A model generated the notes under the pieces. That model was not told the DNA's origin. It ran no database searches and saw only the letters and a list, made by a program, of their open reading frames with translations. Both the position numbers and the translations under genes were made by a program. Source: Catajapyx aquilonaris (taxonomy: Eukaryota). From it: DNA of 20,000 nucleotides. Below are positions 1 through 12,666 of the stretch, piece by piece (positions within the stretch are counted from its first letter, which is position 1; every line of letters begins with the position of its first letter). The stretch spans positions 47,811 to 67,810 of the forward strand of contig KZ538471.1 in the NCBI GenBank assembly GCA_000934665.2, given 5' to 3'.

Positions 1-422
1 GATGCAAATATGCTGCATATGTGCCGTTTGGGTCTATTTTGAGCAGTTTTGGCCATAAGTCATGCACTCGTTTCAGCCTCGAAATCGTGTGTAAAGAGTG
101 ACTACTGGTTATGTTTTATTACGTGAGACATGGAAAGTACGGTAGCTCACACACACATGGGTCTATTTTAACCAGATAGTTGATGAGCATATTTTTAATG
201 CTATTGCGTGGTTAGAACTATTGTCCGTGAATTACGTACAAGGGAAAGTAGGTAACGTACTTTAAATTGTGCACATTTATTTGCATGAAGAGCCCAAATT
301 GCTGGGATAAGAAGTGAAAGTGCAATATTTACTAGTTTTCAAGACAACAAGCTGAAATATTTATACACTTGTGTAAATGTTGGTCAGTATTTTCACGCCC
401 CTATTGTTAAAGCCTGCATATA

Positions 423-799
423 CAGGGTGGACCAACTTCAAGTGTCGTTTTATAACGGCGATTCATAGCAGTGATTTTGCGATGACGTAGCAGCGATGTG
501 TAAAATGTCCCACGTCGGCGCCATCGAAAATATTAGCTGCCAATAGCAGCTCACGTGTAATCAACCCTGCTGCTGGGTTGACCTGGAAAAAAGTAGGTGC
601 ACACATGACCTGAGATGCGCCTGGGTGAAATGGGTGACGCCCAAGGCACCAGATGGACCTGTAATGCAGTAGGCCTACATGTGTGCTGCTATTGGCAGCT
701 AATATTTTCGATGGCGCCCGAAGTGGGCCATTTTACACGTCGCTGCTACGTTAATCGTATAAAGCGTTATAAAACGACACTTGAAGTTGGTCCACCATG
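423..799. mobile_element. Fold-back MITE, non-autonomous Tc1/mariner-superfamily element with long terminal inverted repeats
   Basis: The left end reads TA|CAGGGTGGACCAACTTCAAGTGTCGTTTTATAACG and the right end reads CGTTATAAAACGACACTTGAAGTTGGTCCACCATG|TA. Arms 423-559 and 676-799 are reverse complements apart from scattered substitutions and one replaced segment. TA lies on both flanks (421-422, 800-801). A TA target duplication with CAGGGTG ends is typical of Tc1/mariner (established knowledge). There is no transposase ORF. Confidence 0.9.
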
Positions 800-3700
800 T
801 AGAGACAAAAAGCAATCGAGCTCGTACTCCTGATTTCACTGACTCTAACAGTGTGAATTTAACGCCCACCTGAACCCCTTTTCAGACTATCAGACAGGTG
901 TTAATCACTGGGTGCAAAAATCTAAGCTGAAGTGATGGAGAGGCAGGAGGTGTGTCAAGTCCTCCCTAAGGAGCGGCCCAGTGGTTTTATCCGCCGTATA
1001 CCGCCATTCCCGAAAGGGATGTAGTCTATTGCAAAACTCGTCCTACGATGAGGCAAGTTAATAAATGATTCAAGAAATTAGGACGAAAATTAGGTTCACG
1101 CGGTTCAGTTCGGACACTTTTAATGCAAACGAGTTTTTTTAAATGACTGTACTTTATTCTCGCGATTTAACCGGCAAGGCTTTGTCGTGTGGAAAATACA
1201 CACTCTTATTTTTAGAGGTTTTACTCTAGATAGCAGTATCTGTTACATCAACCATGAAATACGTTTTTTTTGAGGAAGAAAATATATTTTGTCGAAATGA
1301 TTTGTTGCGGTAATGTTTGTTGTTGGCGGTCTGGTATTGGTTTCATTCGGGAAAGTTCCTCTTTTTTTCTTGTGATAGTACTGGGTGATTAAATTATTAT
1401 TAATTCATTGCCGTTGTTTACTTTGTATGTTTAGAAAAGTAATTGGCATAAATAATTCACAGCGGAGTTTGACAATGTTGAACTTTTTAGTTGAGGAATA
1501 TCAGATTGCCACGTGGCATTTATTTAACAAAAACTGCTTACTCATTGAAGTATGGATACACACCGACAATAACTTTTGACCCACGGGAAGAAATATGCAA
1601 ATGCGAGCAAAAAGCCTGGTTGCCTGTTTGATCCCTGAAATTAATATTTGCATATTTGTTCTTGGCCATCCACACTGTTCCTAATGAATTCTAACCACCT
1701 CTCCGTGCCCTGTTGCAATTTTGCTCCCATGATTAATGAGCAGACCCTAGATGGCTCCAATTTAGTGGGCAGTACAGGACGAGAGATGCGGCAGATATGG
1801 GCGTACCTATTATTATACACCCGCGCCCAAAGTCTGGCAAGGATTATGCCGGTGCTGATACCTCCTGTAGGCTAGAAATGAGCTGATTGACAGGTAATTA
1901 CCTGCAGGCTTAGCTCCCCCGCCCAGTCGGGGTTTAGTGGTCCGCATATTATGCTGTGCAATGGTGAGGGAAGAGTCCAACGAACTGCCAAGGTGATGAA
2001 GAAGTGTGCGTTTTATTAATCTGCAGGCTTCCCAAACTCACAATGGAAAGCATGGGTGACAAATGAGCGTTGAGTTGGGGTCGGAGTGACAGGGAGGCGG
2101 TCTGAGGGCTTTAATCTGATTCCATTTGCGTTGTTTATCTCGCCGTCCTAATAAGCAATCTACATGTTTCTATTTCAAGGAGATGGCTACGGGGGAGTTG
2201 GGAAGTCTTTTATGGCACGTGTGCAAGGTAACGCGGAAAGTTGCCTGGTTGGTGGTATATCCAATTTGATATCTAATTTAAATGATGTTGATGGAGTCAG
2301 CTGTATAGCCTGCAGGTTCAGGATGCAACAGTTGGTGCTCCAATGACCACCAAATGGACAACCAGCGCCTCTTCGTCCTTCAAATGAGACGATGAGGTCA
2401 CTCGTCAAGTGAAGATCAAGGCTGCACTTGGGTTATGTGTATATAAAGAAGAGAGGAAGTGGTTTCGGTGTTCATATAGCAGGATAAGTGGATGGGCTCT
2501 ACAAAATTTTGCTCTGGAAAAAAAAAACTTCATTGACAACAGGTGCCCCTGGGTTATCGACAAACATTGCAGGTAATGTACCGAATTACAGCATGGGTCA
2601 TTGTTTGAAAATTTTCCGATCGTAATGATTTGGACATATTGTTTTGATCACTATTGTAATGATAATTGATGTTTTGTTGCGCTCCAAATGATACATGTGG
2701 TTAATATTGGTGTTTCATATTATAAATAGCGCATAACAAATAGTTGGGGTCGCATTGTACAGTTATCAATAATGGTGAGGTAATGATGGGGGGCAATGAA
2801 TTCATCATTATACTAGGATTATCTTGTACAATGTGTGGGTCTGGGGATTTCTTTCGTTTGCACAGTATAATGGGGAGGGGGAGGGGTGATAATATCAACC
2901 GATTGCTATACGATAATTTGATACCCTGTATATCATGAACAGTGATCTATAGGAAGTTATTTCTGATAGGTTTAGTCTGTAGAGTGCTCGCCTATAGGCC
3001 TACTAATTCGAAATCTGATGACATTGCTTACTGTCTAAGGACTTGCGATAGATTCACGTTAGACACAATATTGCTAGAGTGTAGCTATACGGTTCAGGCC
3101 AAAACATTAATGATGAAAAACTTAATCAGTGCTTACGCAGAGTTAGACTATACTTGTTGGTGGTAAACTCGTGCGAATTAATTTTTATTCCTTGCATATT
3201 TCAACTGCAGAATTACTTGAAAAACGAGGTGCCGAAACTGCGTAAAAATATAATTACTGAATTTTTAAGAGCTCGTTATAATTTTCACTTAAGTTGAGAG
3301 CCGGAGAGATAACATATATACTCCCTGTAATTATGAGCACTGGTATCGCACTCATCTGATTCTCTAGTGACCAGCACATACGTGCCGAGAGTCCTAAAAT
3401 ATTATGTGTGCCCAGATAGTGTAAAGGCGCGAAATCAGAAGCCGTGCCATCGCATATGGTGTGATTTACCACATGTCTCTGCGGTTGAGAAACTCTCTCA
3501 TCAACAAGCGCAAGTCGGTTGGGTCGGTAATGTCCGTGACCCCCTTCGTTCCAGTTCATCCCTTACGGAGGCTTCACGGGGTTAAGGTCAGGAAACTGCG
3601 AATTCGGTATATGTCGCAATTCCAGACTGTAAATATGGAATTTTATGCGATAATGGTCGAGAGGGGGTGCACCTTAGTGGGTTCTGCGTAATGTGTGGCA

Positions 3701-6700
3701 TGAGTGGGTTATAGATACATCCCCGATGATTGAAAAGCAAACGAGCAAATCGCACTTGACTCAACCGAAATCTAGTCTGCTGGGAAAGACGTCTCATTAT
3801 CGTCATGCTTAGCCTCCGTGCAGTATAGTCGGCCCTTTGTTTTCACATCTAATGGGGTTGGCATGTTTGCCAATTTTGCAAATCCTTCTCTCAACAAGTG
3901 ACGGCAGCGTTTATGCGGTGAGTCTGCCTTTTCTCTGATCGATAGCTGGGTTAGTGTATCATCTGGAATGGGTCTTGTAGGTGGGCAAGAGAGCACTTTG
4001 TGACATTGACTCGGATTGAAAAAAGTGCTCGGTGAGTCAGTGGAGCCGTCATTACCATGAAGGGAGGGGGAGGCAAGAATGCAAAAAAAAAAGGGACGAT
4101 GGCGGGGGATGATAAAGTTTCTGAAGGGGGGGGGGGGGTAAACCTTAGCGTGGACATGAGGGGGGGTCCTAATAATTGGGGTAGGTCACGAGAGAATTTC
4201 GCGGAATTGTCAATATCGAGACTTGCGTGGGTTTGCGGCACGTGATTGCGGTTCAAAGACCATTGGCTCGATATTTCTGGGTGCTGCAACTACGCCAAAA
4301 GTTCAAATCCCCGAAAACATTTCCATTTCCTGTAAGTAACTTTCTCTCCCGGAGCCTGCCTGCTTCAGGGAGGCCCCCCCTTGAAATGGCTGTTTATAGA
4401 CTCCTGCATTGTATATTTGCAATGCTGTTTCGTTCGCTTGCAGATCGTGAAATTGATTTGTTTGGAATGTCATTGGCCTTACAGCATGTTGCACTTCTGA
4501 AGTAATTCGCATTTGCCATGGCACAAAATGGATGGGGAAACATGTATGAAACGGAATATTATATTTAACCGTAGATGTGTGTATCCAGTGCTATGAACTT
4601 GAACTAACTTGACTGATGACCTTCATGAGCTCACTGACATCTGTACGTAAGATGCTCGAACTAATCGACCATTTTCGCTAATGGAATCAATCGTGTCCCA
4701 GGCTTTAGGGACAGGTTGATGGCACGCGTCCCAGGTCCCAATTTCGCGCATCCTTGTGTAAACAAGTCCGACCTTTGGGAGCTCTAAGAAGGCCAGCTAC
4801 CTTCGCTCGTTTGTTTAGGTTTAGGCCCCGTTTTATAAACGGCCGCATCCGTTAAATTGGGCTACATTTTTTCCTCCGGAAGCTTCTTGTCGCCCCAGAT
4901 AGCTATTTATTATGTTTGCTGCCATGCTGGTTCTATAATGTCGTGCTACACCCTTATATGCGAGTTAATTACTTTGGCCATGTTGGGAGGTGTGACATCA
5001 CCTGACTACTCGATGCCAAATATGGGGTGAGGTGATGTCCAAATCACGGCACCTTTATTATTCATGGGAGGAGTAGAGTTGTCGGCATTAGTTTTTGAGG
5101 AGTACAAGCTGTAAAAATTGTTGCCACCACATTGTGACCCCGTAGGGTTAAGTAATGCGGCAGGGCAGAGATGACTCAAGATGTGCAGCTGCAAGTCCGA
5201 AATGGGAGAATAGAGTGTGTGGCATGCCGCCTAGTTAGAAATTCACCGGCCATTTCGTAGGCAAATTATTTCAGGTGAACAGGAAAACTGAGGAGCATTT
5301 GGTTGCCATTCGGGCGCACTTCCCTCTGCCGCCTGTTGCGAAATGACGTCATTGAGAGCACTTGCGTCCGACCCGATTGTTGACACCCATCCCTATATAT
5401 AATGACGAGCGGCGGCTTCCTATTGTGCACTATTTTTTAATCGGGAGACACGAACATTGACCTTTTATTTCACGGGATCACAAAAGCAATGCAACAAACA
5501 ACCCATGTAAGCAAGACTTGACCACGTTGCAACCGGAAGATCATATCACGGGCTGATAACAATAGCAGCCCCGTCCTTCAGCAATATAGTCCATGTTTGG
5601 CAAGTTTGACCTTGCCCGATGGCAGTTTCCCGCAGTTTGGTAGGACTGAATGTGCATCATTCCTGTTTCTCAGAGCGTATATGATCCGGGAATGCGGTCC
5701 GCGGGTGTATGTGGGTGAGTGACATGGCGTGTAAGGGATGCCGTTGAAAGGTTGTTACGATGACGTCCTTGCTCTAGGAGTTAGTAACCGCAAAAGAGAG
5801 GGAGGGAGGGAAAAAAATGTGTACCACAAGTCGGAAGGTAAATAAAATCAACGGCCGTGGCATTCATCCATGGTTTTATGTAATCACATCACAAGGACGG
5901 ACCTTGGTGTATGTGTGTGTTGGGTGTTGGCTACGTTGCACACGCGTTGCACGTAAACAGCTGGGCGGGGAGAGGCCGGACGTACTTTATTTGCGACGTT
6001 AATGGCATTTTTGGCAGTGCGTGCGCCGCGTTAGTCATTTCCAACCCTGTGCACACTCATGTGTATGAATATATTGTGAGCTGACGTGGTGAATATTGAC
6101 TTGGTAAAGTTGTTACTAATTGCTAGAATGCGAAGATAACTTTTGAAGTAAGGGCTGTAAATTGGACGTTGTATTTTACAACCAGGTCGACATGTACTGC
6201 CTATATGCCATATGGGAATAAAAAACGTCTTGAAAACTGTATATAGGTGACAACATCTCGTAATCCAGTAATAGGTACCCGTCAAGGTCTGCGGATCAGG
6301 ATCAATCCGGAGTGACCCTTTGTTCGCATCAGGTGCATCTGTAATTGGTATCATCCATTGGCAATAAGGCTGACGGGTTGTTTTTTATTATAGGAACCTG
6401 TTCCTCGTCCTCCCAGGTGACCTTTTAGCGAGAGGATAGGTGAGAGGAGGCTAATGCGAACAAGCACTTAAACCAGAAAATGTCACGGGGAGTGTTCAAA
6501 CAGGGAGGCCCAGTCTATTGGCAATAAGAATGGGACCTCTACACCCATCACCCACCCACCCACCCACATGAGCCTTGTGTTTGTCCCAGGTTTGTTTGCA
6601 CTCTTGAAAGAAAATCTCTTTTTTGTGCTATAGCGCATTATTTTTCACTTCCAGCGAGCAGGCATAGGTCGGGCAAGGTCATAATGGTGTTCTACAGTGT

Positions 6701-7461
6701 GAAACTCTGTTTGACATCCACGCTCGAATTAAGTAATTCCCCGGGAGAAAACACACGTGCGTGTGCTAGATGTGTCCTCTTTTCTACCGTTGTAATGGGT
6801 CGGCTTGACACAAGGTGCTTTTTTCCCTGAGAGGTTTTACCTCCATTTGGCTGAGCCCTCCTAAAGGGCAGAGGTGACGAGTTGTTCACCTCACCCCGCC
6901 ATAATAGTCGGAGGAGACCTGACGTAATCCCCTCAAGATAGTTGTTAACTCGTGTGTGGTGCGGTAGTTCGGTTATCATAGAGAGGGCAAGGTTTCAGAT
7001 GATTCCTCTCATTACCTTGAACTCAATCTGGCGACCGCGCTATATTTTGATTCCGACTGTATGCGCTGACATTCCCAGATTGCAGACTTTTTTCTGCTGC
7101 GGCTTTTGTGTTACTTGCAATTTCCGCCCGTGAGTGTATAGTTTATGGGCTATTGTTTCATCATAACACAACCATCATTCGTTTTATATATGAAAATTGA
7201 ACTATTCTGATAGCCTCGTTCATTCTGTGGCTAAGAATATTTTCTGAATTCTCAGTTATCGTCACTGACGTCACTGATAGAACCATAGGCACTATTGAAC
7301 TTCTAAAAATAACAAAGGAGTGGCGGATATTTGTATAATTTTGTTAACGCAATTTGTCTGCGGTACTCCGAAATTATAGATTCAAGTGGGATGCGACTGT
7401 GTTAATGTCGAGAAACTATTAACTGTATAAATGACTTATATTAGAAAAACATGTTGTGAAG

Positions 7462-7491
7462 TATTTTCTGGATAAATTTATCCAGAAAATA
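7462..7491. repeat. Perfect 30-bp palindrome, extending imperfectly to 7451-7502
   Basis: TATTTTCTGGATAAATTTATCCAGAAAATA equals its own reverse complement. After one G/G mismatch, the flanks ATGTTGTGAA and TTCATCACAT pair at 8 of 10 positions. Confidence 0.95.
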
Positions 7492-10400
7492 GTTCATCAC
7501 ATTATTCAATTTCATACATCGATTTTTTTCTGTGGACCTGTTCTCTCATTATGGGTAATGGTGACCCGTTGGGAATCATCATGAACCATTTTACATGATG
7601 ATTATGGTGTTTAAATGTTCTACTTTACACTATTAAAAATTACAGCGATTACTGGGCAGTCCACCGAGAAGCAAGTGTTTAAATGAGGCTAAAAAGTTAC
7701 CCTCGGATTTAATATGCGTTAAGCATACCACTGTGGCGCCTATAGGTTCATTTAAATGCAGTCGGAACTTGTATCATGGACTGAATTGGTAATTTTGCTA
7801 TAATATTCCGCCTCGTTACTGATGTAAATTTATATCGGATCTCCTATTAGGTGACGGCATAGTCTACCGGCAAACCAGCTGTGGAATAGAAAAATGCATT
7901 TTTTTTCTCTCCATCCCATGTGATATAGTTATGGTTACTCAGTGAGTGAAATCCCATAGCCGCTTTGTTTTTTCCACAATTATGCCAGGCTCAACACGTC
8001 CAAATATTGGCCGAAACCGGTCTAGATCGGCCTCATCATCAGATAATTTTTTTGTACGAACTTCACTCACAATACAGCATTATACCTGTGCACCGCGTCT
8101 GTATACCACAACCGAGTTTGTTCTAGCTTCCATCTGTGTGCGGTTTGGGTCTGTCTGCGACACGAGCAAATAACGCTCACAGCTGTCGGATTGCATGAGG
8201 AGTGTACATGAACCTTCGTAGTGCAGATAGCACACACTCCTATTTTTTTTACAACGTATACAGTGCTGTATACACTTTCGCATGTGGGCAACTTGAGCTT
8301 TTTTCGCAGGCGTGGAGAGGAATCCTCGCAGTTATATATGCTCAGATAGCTTTTGTTTCCCATTTTTTTGATCATCCATTGTGGTGAGGTCAGCTAAAGC
8401 GGAGCTGGCAGAAGATAAAGGGAAAATAAATCCGCTGCGAAATCTTTTGCCGGGGGTGGAATTTCCGTCTAGAATGCTGAAAAAGAGCGGACTAATGATT
8501 TTGTGGCGCCGGATAATAAAGGGTGTAGTGACGGCAATGATGCGCTTGATAATCGTGTTTTTAGACGTAATTGCTTGCGTCTGTTAAGGCCAATGCGGTT
8601 GATTAGGGTGACGGATGGGATTGTCGGAATTTTTGAGATGAAGGGGACGACCGTCATTTTCGACGTAAATGGAAAAAATTCGGGAGGAATTCTACGATGA
8701 AGGAATCCGACGTCATTTGGACACAACGATAGTATGGCTGACGGCCATGACATTGCAAATTTTTTCGGGAGTACGTACAAAGTAGTCTAGATTTAGTTAG
8801 ACCTTGAACTACATGATGCTGTTTACGATTTTTAGTATATGCGCCATCAGTTGTTATATTTTAAAATAGTCACGTTGTGACTCGATGCATATAGGCTACA
8901 GTGGAGTGCGAATGTACCACGTACGTTTTACCCACTGTTGGTAGATTCAACTCAGGGGGTGGACCACTCTGTAATGGAGTCTGGCGTAAATTTAAAAATG
9001 GCATTCATATTTCAGCACTTTGTTTATGCGGATACAAAGTTCATGAGAGGCATTGGAGGCAATCTCACGGTACTGGCAATCATAATAAAGTTGGACTTTT
9101 AATTCAGATTAGATATGGCAAAGTGTAATCTGACCTGCTGTACAACACTGTACGGTATCTATCTGGTAGTCCCTTCCGGATATGATCACGTGACCCGTGA
9201 AAGGTCCTTGTGTTCGCGGTTGACTGACATTGGCAATGGTATCACAACTTGAGGAAACTGTAGCCAATTTCTTAGAACGTTTTATTCTGTAGTATGTCTG
9301 CGTGGTGACCAGAGTGTTAGTATGTCACTGCTCATTGTCATCATAGTTGTGTTCAAGATTTGCTAATCAGCAACTTCCCAGATTAGTGACCTATTGACAC
9401 CATGAGCCTCATCGCAGTCATTTCTGAATCCCCGATGACCCTTTGAGTCTCGAGATATTTGGAAGAGGTTATTGTGTTACGGTCATCAGGTCTCAAATAT
9501 GTTTGTACATCGCACAATTAATGAACCAGGATGCAATTAGCGAATCTGACGATGCCTGTTTTGTTGTTTTGCTAAATTTTTTGTGTGTGCAGTAAAGTAA
9601 CGAGTTCTGTCATCGATTTGGGGTTGCTGGAGACCATTAAGCCTAACCACCTGGATGAAGTTGTTTAGTCTGGCAGAATTCCCCGTGGGCCATATCCACC
9701 CCTCCTTTTTTTTTACTAGCTGGCTCATTGCGGACATGATGTATTTTCTAGATAGAGCTCCCTGGCATACCCCGCGTTTGGATATACTGTATAGTATTGT
9801 GCGAACATCTGTGCAATTCTGAACTTCCAGTCTTGCGCTGCGCAGATGTTTATTAACGGAAGCGGCGTTTCCTCTGCATGTCAATGAGCAGGCAGGGATC
9901 ATACCAGGCCATGGGGATAACGACTGCGTTCCGCACTCTTAATAGTCCAAACGCGCCATGATAAAACCCGGCCTGTTTTTGCTACCTAGAGAGCGAGATT
10001 TTCTGTCGTGCGAAATGGCAACAGTTTTAGCCGCATTCATTGCCGGGGCCATTTTTGGGGGGTTCCCTGGTATAGGGGCATCATAAATCAAGTGGTCTGA
10101 GGTGGTTAATTTTTGAGTGTGCGTGTAGCTGGCGCCTGTGTTTTAAGCCCGCTTTGTCTGCCAGGTCGTTTTTGGGGATACCTTTTGGCTGGCCAGGAAA
10201 CAAGTAGCTGACTTGCTCCAAAGAAATGGGAGCCAAGGAGTTATTTGCAGTTCGTCTGGAGACAGAGGTTGGAAAAATTTTTTTTGGACAGCGGGAGGAA
10301 ATAAACAGGCTATCAGCCTATGATAGTCGTATATTTTACCTGCCATTTTTACGCAATGACAATTGTTAAACATGAGGAAGTTAGTTTGCAAAACTCCTCT

Positions 10401-12440
10401 TTTGTTGCGCCAACGCCTCTGCTTAATTATTCATACCCTTATTGGCACCACTTCCTTCCCACGTGGCAATTCTACACTCCATTTGTCCCCCGAAGGGAGC
10501 TTTTCCTGAGACACGCTTTTCTCCTGGATTAAGCCCGGATCGCGTAATGTTTCCTTGCACTTTGTCGCTTGGAGGTTCGGCGCACCGGATCGTAAATCAG
10601 GCTTTCGAGAGGGGATCAAACGGGGGAGACTCCGCCATCTTGTCCCGCTCCCAAAGGTACCCAAAATGGCGGTGATGGTCCTCGTGAGCTCATCCGGAGC
10701 CTTTTTCCATGCTCCGTTTTTATGGCTGTGTCATGGGACATGTGTTGGTGGCAGTATGATGTGTGTTGATATGGAGAGTGTGTTGGTGGGGGTGCCCTTG
10801 AACGCCATTGAACCGGTGGGAGGGTGGAGTCGAGGCGTCCCGGGCGGGAAACCAGAATGAAAATGGACGCGCTCCTGGGCAAGTCAGTCATCCTGCCCAT
10901 GCAGCTGCGTGACCATGGCTCTATCTAGCTATTGCTATAGGCCTGCAGCGTGTGTGCATGTGGCCTGCAAAGTTGTTCGCCCACATTTCCTCGAGTCGGC
11001 CACCACGCGCATCTGCATTATTGGACACATGTGACCCGATATGTCTGAAATGTCATCATTTAGAAATAACTGCAATTGAAGTAATTGTATAACGGTGTAT
11101 TGACCTGCAGCCGGTTTGAATGGATATTATGGAACGTTATTCAGTGGTGTGGAGAATTCATTTTAAATTCGTGGTATTTTTCATCATATAATAGGCTTCA
11201 AAAAACACGTCATGATCAACTTGTCCGTATGTAATACGTATTAAAGCCAGTGCAGTGTAATAACCGATATAATGGGCATCACATCATTACAATCTTTGCA
11301 CGACTGTGGAAAAAACCACATCGGGGGTCTGGTACACGAACTTTGTTCTTTGGCTTTGATCAGCAGTGCAAAAATATCGCAGAGATAATTTGTTTAATAA
11401 ACCTTGCTTCTGATGATTAAGGATCATGTGAGGAGAATATTCATTCAGCCCCTATATACTGGTTCTGGGCTCTTTAATAAACCGTAAAGGGTGATACTGT
11501 GATTAGTGTTACCTGTTTAGGCCATGCATTGAATAATTTCAACTAAATTCAATATCTCGTTATGTTTATTCGCGACATGTAATTTCCCTTTGATTTCGTT
11601 TTCTGATGCACTTCTTGCAAATTGCGTCGTTTTTGTGCAATTCATTTATGCAGTGCAGAATGTGAGGAATTTACTGTTATGATCTTTTGAGGCTTGGCAT
11701 TATGCTAATGCTAATTAGACCTTTGATATGCGTGTGCCCTTGAACAGCAAAAATCCTCAAATATGAAACATGTTTCCTTGTTTGCAACAGGACGCAAGTG
11801 GATTCGTCCGCAGTAATCAGCTTACAAAATGTATTCATAGCTTCCTTAATGGAACCTAACTCTGTGTATATTTCATGGCCTTTCATTCCTCTTGTTACTG
11901 CAGCTTATAAACATGGGCGATTTTTTTAAATGCAATCATTTAAAAACCATGAAGCCCATCTTACACAAGAAAGCAACCAACCCGTGACCACTTTTTTTTT
12001 TTGGTCGCTGTTGCTGATATCTCTCTCCCTCTCTCTCGCTTCACACTAGCAAATCTGACACCCTAGCAAGCATGGTATGGTGTGAGAATGACTCGCATAA
12101 ATGTGTAATTGACTTTGCGGGCGAAGAGGTGGGTTTTCAGAGCCCGGGGGCCCTGAAAGTGGAGTAACCTTGCATCCACTACTCGCACACATTTAACCTG
12201 AACCGCGGTACCCGGGATAGCACGTAATATTTTATGAGTTGCCTTATTCAGGTGCCGCCCTAATGAATTATTTCCCCGTATTCGAGGGTTGTTTGGACTG
12301 CAATCGTTGCCTTGCGAGGCGATGGGGAGAATGACTTCGCGCCGAGTTGAGTCTGTAGCTGATCAATAAGAGCTGAAAAAAGGAAATGGTAAGAGTGTGT
12401 GTGAACTGATCTAGTTTTTCTCTTTTCTTTTTTGTTCCAG

Positions 12441-12516
12441 AGAAGAGAGGGTGAAAGATGAGGCGGATTCATCCTCGACCTGAGGGACCGAGGATAACTT
12501 TACTGGCAGATATAAG
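12441..12516 (+). other. Candidate 76-nt spliceosomal exon
   Basis: Upstream are a branch-point-like CTGAT (~12406-12410) and the long pyrimidine tract TTTTTCTCTTTTCTTTTTTGTTCCAG ending at 12440. The body is purine-rich and ends in a donor-like AAG|GTGAGA at 12516/12517. All three frames contain a stop, so it is not a simple internal coding exon. Confidence 0.5.
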
Positions 12517-12666
12517 GTGAGAAGTGCGTTATATATTCGTTAAAATGTGATGGCACTTTACGTATATATAGGAAGGGAAGGAATAGGGTAGATGTGAAGT
12601 TGTCATGTTTTCTGGATGAATTCCTCGGCTAGGATTTAGGGACTGAAACACCACCAATTGAAATTA

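Noticed and set aside
615..833. 72-aa ORF
   Set aside because: It lies mostly in the MITE spacer and right arm and shows no transposase features.
4301..4312. B-box-like GTTCAAATCCCC
   Set aside because: There is no convincing A box, cloverleaf, tail or TSD nearby.
5017..10058. CArG boxes at 5017-5026 and 10049-10058
   Set aside because: One or two are expected by chance in 20 kb at this composition.
11241..11476. Possible TTAA-flanked (Kolobok/piggyBac-like) MITE, TTAAAG...CTTTAA
   Set aside because: Beyond the 6-bp ends the inverted similarity is weak and needs gaps.
8605..12065. Possible hAT element between TAGGGTGACGGAT and ATCTGACACCCTA
   Set aside because: The match is only 11/13, the 8-bp flanks (CGGTTGAT versus GCAAGCAT) are not a duplication, and no transposase remnant lies between.
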